DNA of 54,732 bases. It comes from Burkholderiales bacterium (GTDB lineage Bacteria; Pseudomonadota; Gammaproteobacteria; Burkholderiales; SG8-39). The position numbers and the translations under genes are program-made. Positions within the stretch are counted from its first letter, which is position 1. Every line of letters starts with the position of its first letter. This document shows, piece after piece, positions 1 to 9,003 of this stretch. The DNA is taken from the NCBI GenBank assembly GCA_052172655.1, contig JBQMQE010000004.1, forward strand, positions 1 through 54,732. Reading direction: 5' to 3'. Below the pieces are notes generated by a model, which made no database searches, was not told where the DNA came from, and saw only the letters and a program-made list of their open reading frames with translations.

Positions 1-51
1 TTCTATACGACCGGGCCGCAGGGATATACCGATTACCCGGCGCTAGCCTGA
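1..51 (+). CDS. 3' end of an Old Yellow Enzyme family alkene reductase (NemA/XenB-like), truncated by the window start
   Basis: Frame 1 reads FYTTGPQGYTDYPALA*, matching the OYE C-terminal FY...GYTDYP motif; absent from the ORF track. Confidence 0.75.
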   Translation, partial: FYTTGPQGYTDYPALA

Positions 52-228
52 TCGGCGAAGCTGCTGCCGGCAGCGTCTGGTCGCCGCCTGAAAAAAGCGC
101 GGCGGGCCGCAGGCCGCGCCGGCAGTTCTGAAACGGCGTCTTGGTCTTGGTATACGATTCCACCTGCCAGGAATAGCGATCAACCCGCAGAGCCGAAGGC
201 CGCTTCAATCATTGGAGGAGACAACACC

Positions 229-1872
229 ATGGAATTCGACGCCGTCCTCATCGCGCCCCGCCGCGCCCAGAGCGTGGCCCGCGGCTATTGGCACGACAAG
301 ACCATCAACGACGACCTCGATGCCTGCGTCGCCGGCGATCCCGATAAGCTGGCGCTGACCGCGGTGCAGGCAGAAAGCGGCACCCTCACGCGCTTCACCT
401 ACCGCGAGCTTGCGGCCATGGCCGAGCGCGTCGCCTTGGGCCTGGCACGCATGGGCGTGGGCCACAACGATGTCGTCTCCTGCCAACTGCCCAACTGGTG
501 GCAGTTTACCGTCACCTACCTCGCATGTTGCCGCATAGGCGCCGTCCTGAACCCGCTGATGCACATCTTCAGGGAGCGCGAACTGTCCTTTATGCTCAAG
601 CACGGCGAGTCCAGGGTGATGATCGTGCCGAAGCGGTTCCGCGGATTTGACTACGAGCAGATGATTGCGAGCTTGCAGCCGAGCTTGCCTGATTTGAAGC
701 ATGTCGTCGTGGTCGGCGGCAGCGGCGCGAACAGCTTCGACGCGCTGCTGGGCAGGCCCGCCTGGCAGGACGAGCCCGGCGCGCGTGCGATCCTGACGCG
801 CGCCCGGCCCGGTCCCGACGAAGTGACCCAGCTTATTTACACTTCGGGCACCACCGGCGAACCCAAGGGCGTGATGCACACGGCCAATACCCTGATGTCC
901 AACATCATTCCCTACGCCGAGCGCCTGCATCTGGGGGCGAGCGACGTCGTGCTCATGGCCTCGCCGATGGCGCATCAGACCGGCTTCATCTATGGCCTGA
1001 TGATGCCCATCGTGTTGCGCGCCAGCGCCGTGCTGCTCGACATCTGGGAACCCCTCAAGGCGATCGACCTGGTCCGCGCCGAAGGCGTAACCTTCACCAT
1101 GGCATCGACGCCGTTCCTGGCTGATCTCGCCAAGTTCGTCGCCGAGTCCGGCAAAAGCGTACCGACTTTGCGCACTTTCCTCTGCGCCGGCGCGCCTATC
1201 CCGGGTCCGCTCGTCGAGCAGGCGCGCAAGGCGCTGGGAACCAAGATCGTGTCGGCCTGGGGCATGACCGAAAACGGCGCCGTCACTCTGATCGAGCCCG
1301 AGGACGACGACGAGCGCGCCTTCAACACCGATGGCAGTCCGCTGCCTGGCGCGGAGCTCAAGGTGGCCGACGCCAACGGCGCCGGGCTGCCGGCGGATCA
1401 GGTCGGCGCTCTGTTGGTGCGTTCTTGCTCGAATTTCGGTGGCTATTTGAAGCGCCCGCAGTGGAACGGCACCGACGCGCAGGGCTGGTTCGACACCGGC
1501 GACCTCGCGCGCATGGACGAACGCGGCTACATCCGCATCACCGGACGCAGCAAGGATGTGATCATCCGCGGCGGCGAGAACATCCCGGTGGTCGAAATCG
1601 AGGCGCTGCTATACCGGCACCCCGCTATCGCCACGGTGGCCATCGTGGCCTATTCCGACGAGCGGCTGGGCGAGCGCGCCTGTGCCGTGGCCGTGCCCAA
1701 ATCGGGTCAGAGCATCGACCTGCCTTCCATCGTGGAGTTCCTGAAATCCCAGAAGATCGCGATGCAGTACATCCCCGAGCGGCTGCTGGTGCTCGAGGCG
1801 ATGCCGACCACGCCATCCGGAAAGATTCAGAAATTCAAGCTGCGCGAAATGCTGCGCGATAAGGCAGGCTGA
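229..1872 (+). CDS. aliA: Cyclohexanecarboxylate-CoA ligase (AliA-like, ANL superfamily)
   Basis: GGAGGAG RBS; YTSGTTGEPKG P-loop, AWGMTE, WFDTGD, GRSKDVIIRGGENI, SGKIQKF; the MEFDAVL N-terminus is typical of AliA homologues. Confidence 0.85.
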   Translation: MEFDAVLIAPRRAQSVARGYWHDKTINDDLDACVAGDPDKLALTAVQAESGTLTRFTYRELAAMAERVALGLARMGVGHNDVVSCQLPNWWQFTVTYLACCRIGAVLNPLMHIFRERELSFMLKHGESRVMIVPKRFRGFDYEQMIASLQPSLPDLKHVVVVGGSGANSFDALLGRPAWQDEPGARAILTRARPGPDEVTQLIYTSGTTGEPKGVMHTANTLMSNIIPYAERLHLGASDVVLMASPMAHQTGFIYGLMMPIVLRASAVLLDIWEPLKAIDLVRAEGVTFTMASTPFLADLAKFVAESGKSVPTLRTFLCAGAPIPGPLVEQARKALGTKIVSAWGMTENGAVTLIEPEDDDERAFNTDGSPLPGAELKVADANGAGLPADQVGALLVRSCSNFGGYLKRPQWNGTDAQGWFDTGDLARMDERGYIRITGRSKDVIIRGGENIPVVEIEALLYRHPAIATVAIVAYSDERLGERACAVAVPKSGQSIDLPSIVEFLKSQKIAMQYIPERLLVLEAMPTTPSGKIQKFKLREMLRDKAG

Positions 1873-2006
1873 CACCAGCCGGAAACCCGCGTCCCTGTCA
1901 GTTCTCCGGCCGGTTTGCAGGCTTCGCCACCGATATTGTTCGATGGCGCACAGACGGCGCCAATGTCTGCTTGCTAGCCTCCCCTTTTGTCGAAAAGGAA
2001 GCCATC

Positions 2007-2432
2007 GTGCAATCTACAAGCAATCGCGATCGGTCCGGTTCCGGACAAAAGATAGTTACCTTCCTCGGTCTGTCGGCAGGTGCAGTCGCTGCGCTGCTCA
2101 TCGCAGGCATGGCCTCTGCCGCAGGCGGCAAGCTGGCGGAAGCTCAAGCGCGCTACCAGCAGGACCGCGCTGCCTGCATTGGCGGCCAGTCGAACCAGGA
2201 TCGCGCGACCTGCCTGCGCGAAGCCGGCGCTGCGCTGCAAGCGGCCAAGCGCGGGGACCTCGGCGAGGGCCAGAGCGCGTACGAACAAAATCGGCTGATC
2301 CGCTGCGAGCGCCTTCCGGCGGGAGACCGCAACGACTGCCTGCGCCGCATGCGCGGCGAGGGGACTGTCAGCGGCAGTGTGGAGAGCGGAGGCATCTACA
2401 GGGAACTGCGCACGACGGTGCCGGCGCAGTAG
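2007..2432 (+). CDS. Small exported Cys-paired hypothetical protein
   Basis: AAGGAAG RBS before GTG 2007; hydrophobic signal-like segment ending AGMASA; Cx11C and Cx10C pairs. Confidence 0.7.
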   Translation: MQSTSNRDRSGSGQKIVTFLGLSAGAVAALLIAGMASAAGGKLAEAQARYQQDRAACIGGQSNQDRATCLREAGAALQAAKRGDLGEGQSAYEQNRLIRCERLPAGDRNDCLRRMRGEGTVSGSVESGGIYRELRTTVPAQ

Positions 2433-2534
2433 TGCAATTGCATGAAACAACACGCCGGCCCCGATCCGGGCCCGATGGCGCGCCGCTAGCGATCCGGGCG
2501 CCTGTCGCGAGTTCCAGGCGACCGGGGCGTTAAG

Positions 2535-3878
2535 CTAAGCGCGCCCCATGCGCCCGGCCACTGCGCGTATCTGGCGCGGCGCCGCCAGCCAGATGCATAG
2601 CGCTGAGGCGAGGCTGCAGCCGATGGCGAGCGAAAACGCGAGCGCATAGCTGCCGCTGGCGTCGTAGAGCGCGCCGGTGAGCCAGGGGCCGAGTGCGCCG
2701 CCGGCGATGCCGATGCCCATCAGGGTCCCGAAAATGCCGCCGTAGTGGCGGCCGGCGAAGATCTCGGCGGGAATGGCGCCGACGACGGAGGTGAGGCCGT
2801 AGCCGAGCAGGCCCTGCGCGAGCACCATGAACCAGAGCAGGGCGGGACTGTGCCAGTGGTGCATCAGCAGCAGGGCAATGTAGCAGAGCACGAAACCCGC
2901 GTTGCCCACGGTCCAGACCCACTCGCGGCCGATGCGATCCGAGATGTGCCCGAGCGCAATCTGCCCGGGAATCGCGGCGAAGCTGACAAAGCCCAGCGCC
3001 CAAGCCGCGTACATCGGCGCGAAGCCGGATTCGATCAGGTATTTGGTCTGGTGCACCTGCACCGCGTACCAGGAGAAGAGACCGCAAAAATAGCCGGCGG
3101 CGATCCACCAGAAGCGCGCCGTTCTGAGCGCCCGATTGAGCGTCCAGTCGATCGACGTCCAGGCGTGATCAACGATGTTTGCGTGCGGCTTGGCGGCGGC
3201 GGAAGCCGGCGCGGCGAGATCCCCGTCCGGACCGGTGCCCAGATCCTCGGGCCGGCGCCGCACCAGCAGGTTGAGCGGCGCGAGCAGGCCGAACACCAGG
3301 ATGCCCATGGCGGTGCAGGCGGCGCGCCAGCCTGCATGTTGGATCAGTGTCTGCAGCCAGGGCAGCAGGACGATGGAACCGATGCCGACGCCGGAGAAGG
3401 CGATGCTCATCGCCAGGCCGCGCCGGCGCACGAACCAGTTCGGCAGGTGCAGCGCCTGGCCGGTAAAGCCCAGGGCCACACTGCCCGAGCCGACGAGCAC
3501 GCCGAGCGTGAGATAAAGATGCCATGGCTGGCTCACCTGCGCGGCCAGCAGCAGTCCGACGCCCATGATGCCCACGCCCGCCTCGAGCACTAGAAGCGGT
3601 CCGTGGCGGTCCATCAGCCGGCCGAGCAGGGGGCTCAGCACCGCCGAGATGAAAAAGCCGAACGAGAACGCTCCTGCGGTCACGCCGCGCTCCCAGCCGA
3701 ACTCCTCGAGAATGGGCGGGAACAGCAGCGAAAACGCGGTGCGCGCGTTGACCGCCACGCCCATGGTGACAAAGGCCACGGCCACGATGGCCCAGCCATA
3801 GAAGAACGGAAAGCGCGGCGCCTTCAGGCGATCACCCTGTGGTTGCAGTCGGCGGCGCGACGGCGAACCGGAGGGCAA
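2535..3878 (-). CDS. MFS transporter (OFA/MCT-like)
   Basis: About 12 hydrophobic segments, PFFYGW N-terminus, motif A GRLMDRHGPL and HISDRIGR; start uncertain (TTG 3878 or CTG 3827). Confidence 0.9.
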   Translation of the reverse strand: MPSGSPSRRRLQPQGDRLKAPRFPFFYGWAIVAVAFVTMGVAVNARTAFSLLFPPILEEFGWERGVTAGAFSFGFFISAVLSPLLGRLMDRHGPLLVLEAGVGIMGVGLLLAAQVSQPWHLYLTLGVLVGSGSVALGFTGQALHLPNWFVRRRGLAMSIAFSGVGIGSIVLLPWLQTLIQHAGWRAACTAMGILVFGLLAPLNLLVRRRPEDLGTGPDGDLAAPASAAAKPHANIVDHAWTSIDWTLNRALRTARFWWIAAGYFCGLFSWYAVQVHQTKYLIESGFAPMYAAWALGFVSFAAIPGQIALGHISDRIGREWVWTVGNAGFVLCYIALLLMHHWHSPALLWFMVLAQGLLGYGLTSVVGAIPAEIFAGRHYGGIFGTLMGIGIAGGALGPWLTGALYDASGSYALAFSLAIGCSLASALCIWLAAPRQIRAVAGRMGRA

Positions 3879-4016
3879 GCGGCGCGATGCGTATACACGA
3901 AACCATGCGCGCAGTGTAATCGAAGTCCGCGCCCTGCTCGCGTCACCGCCGCAGGCGCAGGACGATGGGCGGCGCTGACGATGGCGTGCGCTACGTCGAT
4001 CGCGCCGTAGGGCGCT

Positions 4017-4115
4017 TTACAAAGCGTGCTGGTACGCGGCTTTGTGCCAAGCGAGACGCCAGGAATAGTGAAGCCGGATATACAAGCGCCAAGCGAAATA
4101 GAGTCTGCGGGACAT
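4017..4115 (-). CDS. Putative 32-aa small protein MSRRLYFAWRLYIRLHYSWRLAWHKAAYQHAL
   Basis: AAAAAGGAG Shine-Dalgarno 7 nt before ATG, TAA stop, in an otherwise non-coding gap; below the ORF-track size cutoff. Confidence 0.55.
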   Translation of the reverse strand: MSRRLYFAWRLYIRLHYSWRLAWHKAAYQHAL

Positions 4116-4724
4116 TAGCGGTCTCCTTTTTCGTCGCCGGAATACTTGATCTCGAGTCGGAGTTCCAACCAAGGGGCCCACGAGAGAATCCACGGGCCTT
4201 TCAGCTTCCGACGGCCAGCCGCGAACAGTACTGGCTATTCTTATATCAAATGCTTTCCGGAAGGATGTTGATACTTGTCATAAGCACAGTCCGAACAGAA
4301 GTGGTTCAGGATCGAAGACGTCCTATCGACCGGCGCATACGGCGCCTGGCACTGGCGCTGTTTCTTCGATGCGACGTGCCGCCCGGCAGGTCGGTCGCGC
4401 GGGCGCTGTCGACGGTTCGGCGTGCCGTAAGTTTCCAGTAAGCTGTTAAGTATAGTGTGACAAAAATGTACAAGAATAATTAACAATAATTGCGGGAATT
4501 GTCGGCGTTTGTTTCCATTGGCGTGCGGCTATGCGGCGAGGCGGTGGCGCGGGGCAATACCAAAACATATACGTTCCCCGGGGTATTTCAAAGGGCGAGG
4601 CGTCATGGCTGATGACGACAACGACAAGGGCTGCGACTGCGGGAACCCCGGCCCAGCGCTGCACCGCGACTCGCGGGTGGCTACACCGATGGCGGCAACG
4701 GCCCGGCAGCAGATCGCGGCCCGA

Positions 4725-5423
4725 TCAGGCGTGCGGCGCCGCCGTGCGCTCGGTTTCCCTGGCGCGTTCGCCAAGGTCCGTCGTGGCCATTACCGACGCG
4801 GCATCGAGCGTTTGGCGCAACTGCCGGCGGATCTCCTGCCAGCGGAAACGCATCGAATTGCGCACGATCTCGTCGTCAAGCTCTTTCAGAACATCGACGA
4901 TCGGCGCCCAGTATATAAGCGCGCCCGGGCTGTCGCAGAAGGGCGTGTCGTCGTCGCTCTGCGCGCTCCAGTTGCAAAGCGCGAGCCGCGCGCGCACGCG
5001 CTCAGCGTGACCGGCAAATTCCACGCCCGCTTCTTCGGGCGTGCCGGTTTCGGCAAGGATCTCGTTCACGAGACGGCAAATCAGACGACCGACATCGGCA
5101 TCCGAAGCGTCGCTGTTGCGACGCATCATCCCCCCGGCATAAGCGGCAAGATCGGACAGGCAGGCGAGCCAGACGTGCCACTTGGCAATGTTGGCGGCGA
5201 TGCCGAACTGTTCGTCCTCGTACAGCAGGGCAAGGCGGGTACCTGCCCGGGTCCGCAGGTAACCGTAAAGTGTCATCTGTGCGACGTAGCTGGCGCGCGT
5301 GCGCAGAAAGTCGCGCAGTGCGGCAGCGTCGCGGATCGGTACCGTGCCGCGCCTTCGGCGAAGCAGCCGGCGCAGCGCGGCGATGACGCGATCGAGGATC
5401 GGCGGCTGGAGGGGCGAATCCAT
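4725..5423 (-). CDS. Conserved hypothetical protein, divergent from the DUF4212/symporter pair
   Basis: Protein-like core FLRTRASYVAQMTLYGYLRTRAGTR...IVRNSMRFRW; start at ATG 5423 or 5450 rather than 5588. Confidence 0.65.
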   Translation of the reverse strand: MDSPLQPPILDRVIAALRRLLRRRRGTVPIRDAAALRDFLRTRASYVAQMTLYGYLRTRAGTRLALLYEDEQFGIAANIAKWHVWLACLSDLAAYAGGMMRRNSDASDADVGRLICRLVNEILAETGTPEEAGVEFAGHAERVRARLALCNWSAQSDDDTPFCDSPGALIYWAPIVDVLKELDDEIVRNSMRFRWQEIRRQLRQTLDAASVMATTDLGERARETERTAAPHA

Positions 5424-5605
5424 CTTGGCGGCATTGCTTGGCGCATGCATGGGCGGATTATGCAGTATCGCGGTCGACCCTGCATATTGTAATTTCGAAC
5501 AAACATGCGTACATTCTTTTCGGCACTGACACAATCGTCGGGCTTGGGGCGGCTGAAGGGGGAATAGGTCATCGGGTATAGGATACAACCAAAGGAGGGT
5601 ATGCG

Positions 5606-5869
5606 ATGAGCACTGAAGCGGAAAAAAGGGTAGAACACTGGAAACGGACGAGAAGTCTGATGATCGTGAATCTCGTGATTTGGTTTTTCTTTTCTTTCGT
5701 CATTCACTGGTTTGCGCCACAGCTCAACAAGTTTTCATTCATTGGCTTCCCGCTCGGCTTCTATATGGCGGCGCAGGGGTCGCTGATCGTCTTTGTCGTG
5801 CAGCTGTTCGTGTTCGCAAGGCAGCAGAACGCGATCGACCGCGAATTCGGCATGGCCGAAGAAGAATAA
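5606..5869 (+). CDS. DUF4212 family protein (solute:sodium symporter small subunit)
   Basis: AAGGAGG RBS; two TM helices with GFPLGFYMAAQGS; directly upstream of an SSS gene. Confidence 0.9.
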   Translation: MSTEAEKRVEHWKRTRSLMIVNLVIWFFFSFVIHWFAPQLNKFSFIGFPLGFYMAAQGSLIVFVVQLFVFARQQNAIDREFGMAEEE

Positions 5870-5891
5870 CGGATAACCGGAGGAGACACTC

Positions 5892-7721
5892 ATGAGCATG
5901 TTCAGAATTCAAGGCAATTTCATCGACAACCTGCCCAAGATCTATGCCCTCTACACCGGGGGCTTCTTCCTGTTCATCGTTGCGATGGCCATCGGCGAAA
6001 AAATGGGAATGAGCGAAAGTGCCATCGGCATCGGCTTCGTCAGCTTTACCGTGGTTATCTACGCCGTCATCGGCTGGTTGTCCCGAACGGCGCAGGTCGA
6101 CGCCTACTACGTCGCGGGCCGCCAGGTGCCGTCGGTGTTCAACGGCATGGCGACGGCGGCCGACTGGATGTCCGGCGCCTCGTTCGTCGCGATGGCGGGC
6201 GGCATTTACATGGCCGGCTATCCCTACCTCGGGTTCGTGGTGGGCTGGACCGGCGGCTACGTGCTGGTGTCGGTGCTGATGGCGCCCTATCTGCGCAAGT
6301 TCGGCTGCTATACGGTGCCCGACTTCATCGGCACGCGTTACGGCGGCAACCTGGCGCGGGGCGTGGCAGTGGTCGTCCTGATCGTTGCTTCGTTTACTTA
6401 CGTGACGGCACAGATCAATGCCACCGGAACCATCGCCGCCAAGGTGCTGCAGATTCCGTTCGGGGTCGGCGTCTGGATCGCGCTGGTGGCAATCCTGCTG
6501 TGCGCGATGCTGGGCGGCATGCGCGCAGTCACCTGGACCCAGGTCGCGCAGTACATTGTGCTGATTGTCGCCTACCTGGCGCCGGTATTCTGGATGTCGT
6601 CGAAGCAGGGCTTCGGCTATTTCCCGCAGTTCGAGTATGGCGCGGCGGTGGCCAAGCTGGGGCAGCTCGAGGTTCTGCACCAGGTAGGCATACTCAAGCC
6701 TGCGCAGGCGGTGGCGGGCTTGAGTGCCCTGACGAACTCACACGCCGGGGCGTCGAGCGATCCGATTGCGACTTTCAGGTTCGTCACCCTGGTGGCCTGC
6801 ATGATGATGGGCACGGCGTCCCTGCCGCACATTCTGATGCGCTACTTCACCACGCCTTCGGTGAAGGCCGCGCGCGATTCCGTCGCCTGGTCGCTGCTGT
6901 TCATTTTCCTGTTGTATTTTACGGCGCCCTGCCTGGCGACGCTGACCAAGCTGCAACTCCTTGATCCGACCCTGGCCACCAGCATCATCGGCAAGCCTAT
7001 AGAGGCCGTGATGGCGCTCGATTGGGTGCAGAAATGGGGCAATGTCGGCTTCCTCAGCATCATCGACAGCAATAAGGACGGCATCCTGCAGATCAACGAG
7101 TTCTTTATGCGGGCCGATATCGTGGTGCTGGCGACCCCTGAGATGGCGGGATTGCCGGCGGTGGTTTCCGGCCTGGTCGCGGCCGGCGGCCTGGCTGCTG
7201 CAATGTCGACCGCGGACGGACTGCTGCTCGCGATCGCCAACGCGCTGTCGCACGACATCTATTACAAGATGATCGATCCGAAGGCGGACACCAAGCACCG
7301 GCTCATCGTGGCGCGCGTACTGCTTCTGTTCATCGGCGCAGCCGGTTCGGCGGTGGCGAGTTTGCGCTTGACCAATATCCTCGGCGGGGTGGCCTGGGCC
7401 TTCGACTTCGCCATGTCCGGCCTGTTCTTCCCGCTGGTGCTGGGCGTCTGGTGGAAGCGGGCCAACCGGGCCGGCGCCATCGCCGGCATGGTGGTGGGCC
7501 TGGGCACAGGCTCCTGGTATCTGTACATGGTCAAGTGGGGCGGCATGAAGCCGTGGTGGGGCCTGGACGACCTGCGCTTCGGCATCGTCGGCGCGACGGC
7601 GAGCCTGATCGCCATGGTCGTGGTGACGCTGCTGACCAAGGAACCGGACAAGGAGACGCAGGACATGATCGACGAGGTCCGGATTCCGAAGGGTGCGTCC
7701 GTGATGTCCGCAACGCACTAG
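5892..7721 (+). CDS. Sodium:solute symporter, ActP/VC_2705-like
   Basis: NGMATAADWMSGASF, GWTGGY, APYLRKFGCYTVPDFIGTRY, LPHILMRYFT, AAAMSTADGLLL motifs. Confidence 0.93.
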   Translation: MSMFRIQGNFIDNLPKIYALYTGGFFLFIVAMAIGEKMGMSESAIGIGFVSFTVVIYAVIGWLSRTAQVDAYYVAGRQVPSVFNGMATAADWMSGASFVAMAGGIYMAGYPYLGFVVGWTGGYVLVSVLMAPYLRKFGCYTVPDFIGTRYGGNLARGVAVVVLIVASFTYVTAQINATGTIAAKVLQIPFGVGVWIALVAILLCAMLGGMRAVTWTQVAQYIVLIVAYLAPVFWMSSKQGFGYFPQFEYGAAVAKLGQLEVLHQVGILKPAQAVAGLSALTNSHAGASSDPIATFRFVTLVACMMMGTASLPHILMRYFTTPSVKAARDSVAWSLLFIFLLYFTAPCLATLTKLQLLDPTLATSIIGKPIEAVMALDWVQKWGNVGFLSIIDSNKDGILQINEFFMRADIVVLATPEMAGLPAVVSGLVAAGGLAAAMSTADGLLLAIANALSHDIYYKMIDPKADTKHRLIVARVLLLFIGAAGSAVASLRLTNILGGVAWAFDFAMSGLFFPLVLGVWWKRANRAGAIAGMVVGLGTGSWYLYMVKWGGMKPWWGLDDLRFGIVGATASLIAMVVVTLLTKEPDKETQDMIDEVRIPKGASVMSATH

Positions 7722-7738
7722 CGGTTCCACGCCTATCG

Positions 7739-7777
7739 GGGCCGGGGCGAGCAGCGATCGCCCCGGCCCTGTTTTTT
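7739..7777 (+). terminator. Rho-independent terminator after the symporter
   Basis: 12-bp stem GGGCCGGGGCGA/TCGCCCCGGCCC, 7-nt loop, then TGTTTTTT. Confidence 0.85.
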
Positions 7778-7814
7778 CCCGGTCGAATGATCACACTGAA
7801 TATGAGGTCGCGCC

Positions 7815-8171
7815 GTGCTTGAGGGGATTCCGCTCTGGGCTATCGCGCTGGATTACGTGCTCGGGCTGGTCATGTGGACGCTAATCGGGCGCTTCGGCAT
7901 GGGAATATTCCTTCCCGATGACAGCAATTTCTTCTTCATGCGCGTTTTCGTGAAGACGACCGATCCGCTGCTCAAGCTGTTCGCGCCGGTGACGCCGGCG
8001 TTCCTGATCCAGCCCATGCGGCCTGTCTACGTGGCCTGGTTCTTCTTTATGTTCCGCTTCTACGCCATGCCCTGGCTGCTGGGCTATTCGGTGATGGGCA
8101 TGCTGTCGTTTCCCCTCGAGGGGGAGGTGGCGCAGGGCATCTCCAGGCTGTTCGGAAGGTTCCTCAATTAG
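7815..8171 (+). CDS. Small membrane protein, YggT-like
   Basis: GAGG RBS and GTG start; TM segment followed by TDPLL (YggT-like T[DE]PxL) and a second TM segment. Confidence 0.7.
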   Translation: MLEGIPLWAIALDYVLGLVMWTLIGRFGMGIFLPDDSNFFFMRVFVKTTDPLLKLFAPVTPAFLIQPMRPVYVAWFFFMFRFYAMPWLLGYSVMGMLSFPLEGEVAQGISRLFGRFLN

Positions 8172-8503
8172 CCCGCTTCGCCGAGCCATTCATCGGCATC
8201 GCCTCGGATCTGGACTTGGTTCCCCGGTTCCGCGCCCGCGGCTTGCGACGCGCGCCCGATCGGTTTCGGCAAGAGGCCATGACGAACGCAAAGGCACCGC
8301 GGCCCTCTTGCTGAATCGCCTGTAGCCTCGCGCGCCTGCGCTTTCCGGATCGGGCTGGGCAATAATTCACAGCCCGGAAGACATGGTTTGACCGATAATC
8401 GAGATCAACAGGCCGGCGCGCGGATTTCAGGCTTTTCTGCTTCGACGTTCGGGCGCCTGCAGGCGGGATTCGCGACTCCCGCGCGCGCGCTGAATGCCCG
8501 AGG

Positions 8504-8950
8504 ATGGAAGCGATGGTGATGGAAGCAAGCCAGTGGGACCATGCAGAGCGACGGCAGGCATTGCGCGTTCGTCTGCAACTAAGGCTGGCCATTGTCTATC
8601 CCGAGCATCAAGGCCGTCCCGTACGGCCGACCTACCATGCGAACACCCATGACCTGTCCATGACCGGGCTATCGATAGTCATCGACGACAATGTTTTTCA
8701 CGAAGACGTAGTGACCGTTATCCTGACCCTGCCACCCGAGCACGGTTGGGCCTCGCAGAAAACCATCACGGCAACAGCCCGGATGACATACGCTATATAC
8801 TCGTCCAAGCTCAACGGGTTCAAGATCGGCATGGCGTTTTTGGAGTTCAAGGAAAGCGCAAAGGAACTGCTGCAGGCGGCCATACTGCGCGAGTCGGGCA
8901 AGGCCGACCTCCCTGGAATCGAAAATCCGGGCGCGGGCTCCAGCTCTTAG
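8504..8950 (+). CDS. Stand-alone PilZ domain protein (c-di-GMP receptor)
   Basis: RxxxR (RRQALR) and DxSxxG (DLSMTG) motifs, C-terminal IGMAF strand. Confidence 0.85.
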   Translation: MEAMVMEASQWDHAERRQALRVRLQLRLAIVYPEHQGRPVRPTYHANTHDLSMTGLSIVIDDNVFHEDVVTVILTLPPEHGWASQKTITATARMTYAIYSSKLNGFKIGMAFLEFKESAKELLQAAILRESGKADLPGIENPGAGSSS

Positions 8951-9003
8951 TCGCCGCCAGTCAGCCGCCGGGCGGGCGGCTAGTCCGGGGATTAGGCTGT
9001 GCC

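Noticed and set aside
206-214. CAATCATTG palindrome before aliA as a MarR/BadR-like box
   Set aside because: Too short to distinguish from chance, and no regulator is adjacent.
3965-4441. 158-aa + strand ORF (and the overlapping 81-aa - strand ORF) in the intergenic gap
   Set aside because: No RBS, atypical composition and no motifs; the 32-aa minus-strand ORF is better supported.
4509-5492. 327-aa + strand ORF with a CDCG motif
   Set aside because: Mostly antisense to the more protein-like 4725-5423 gene.
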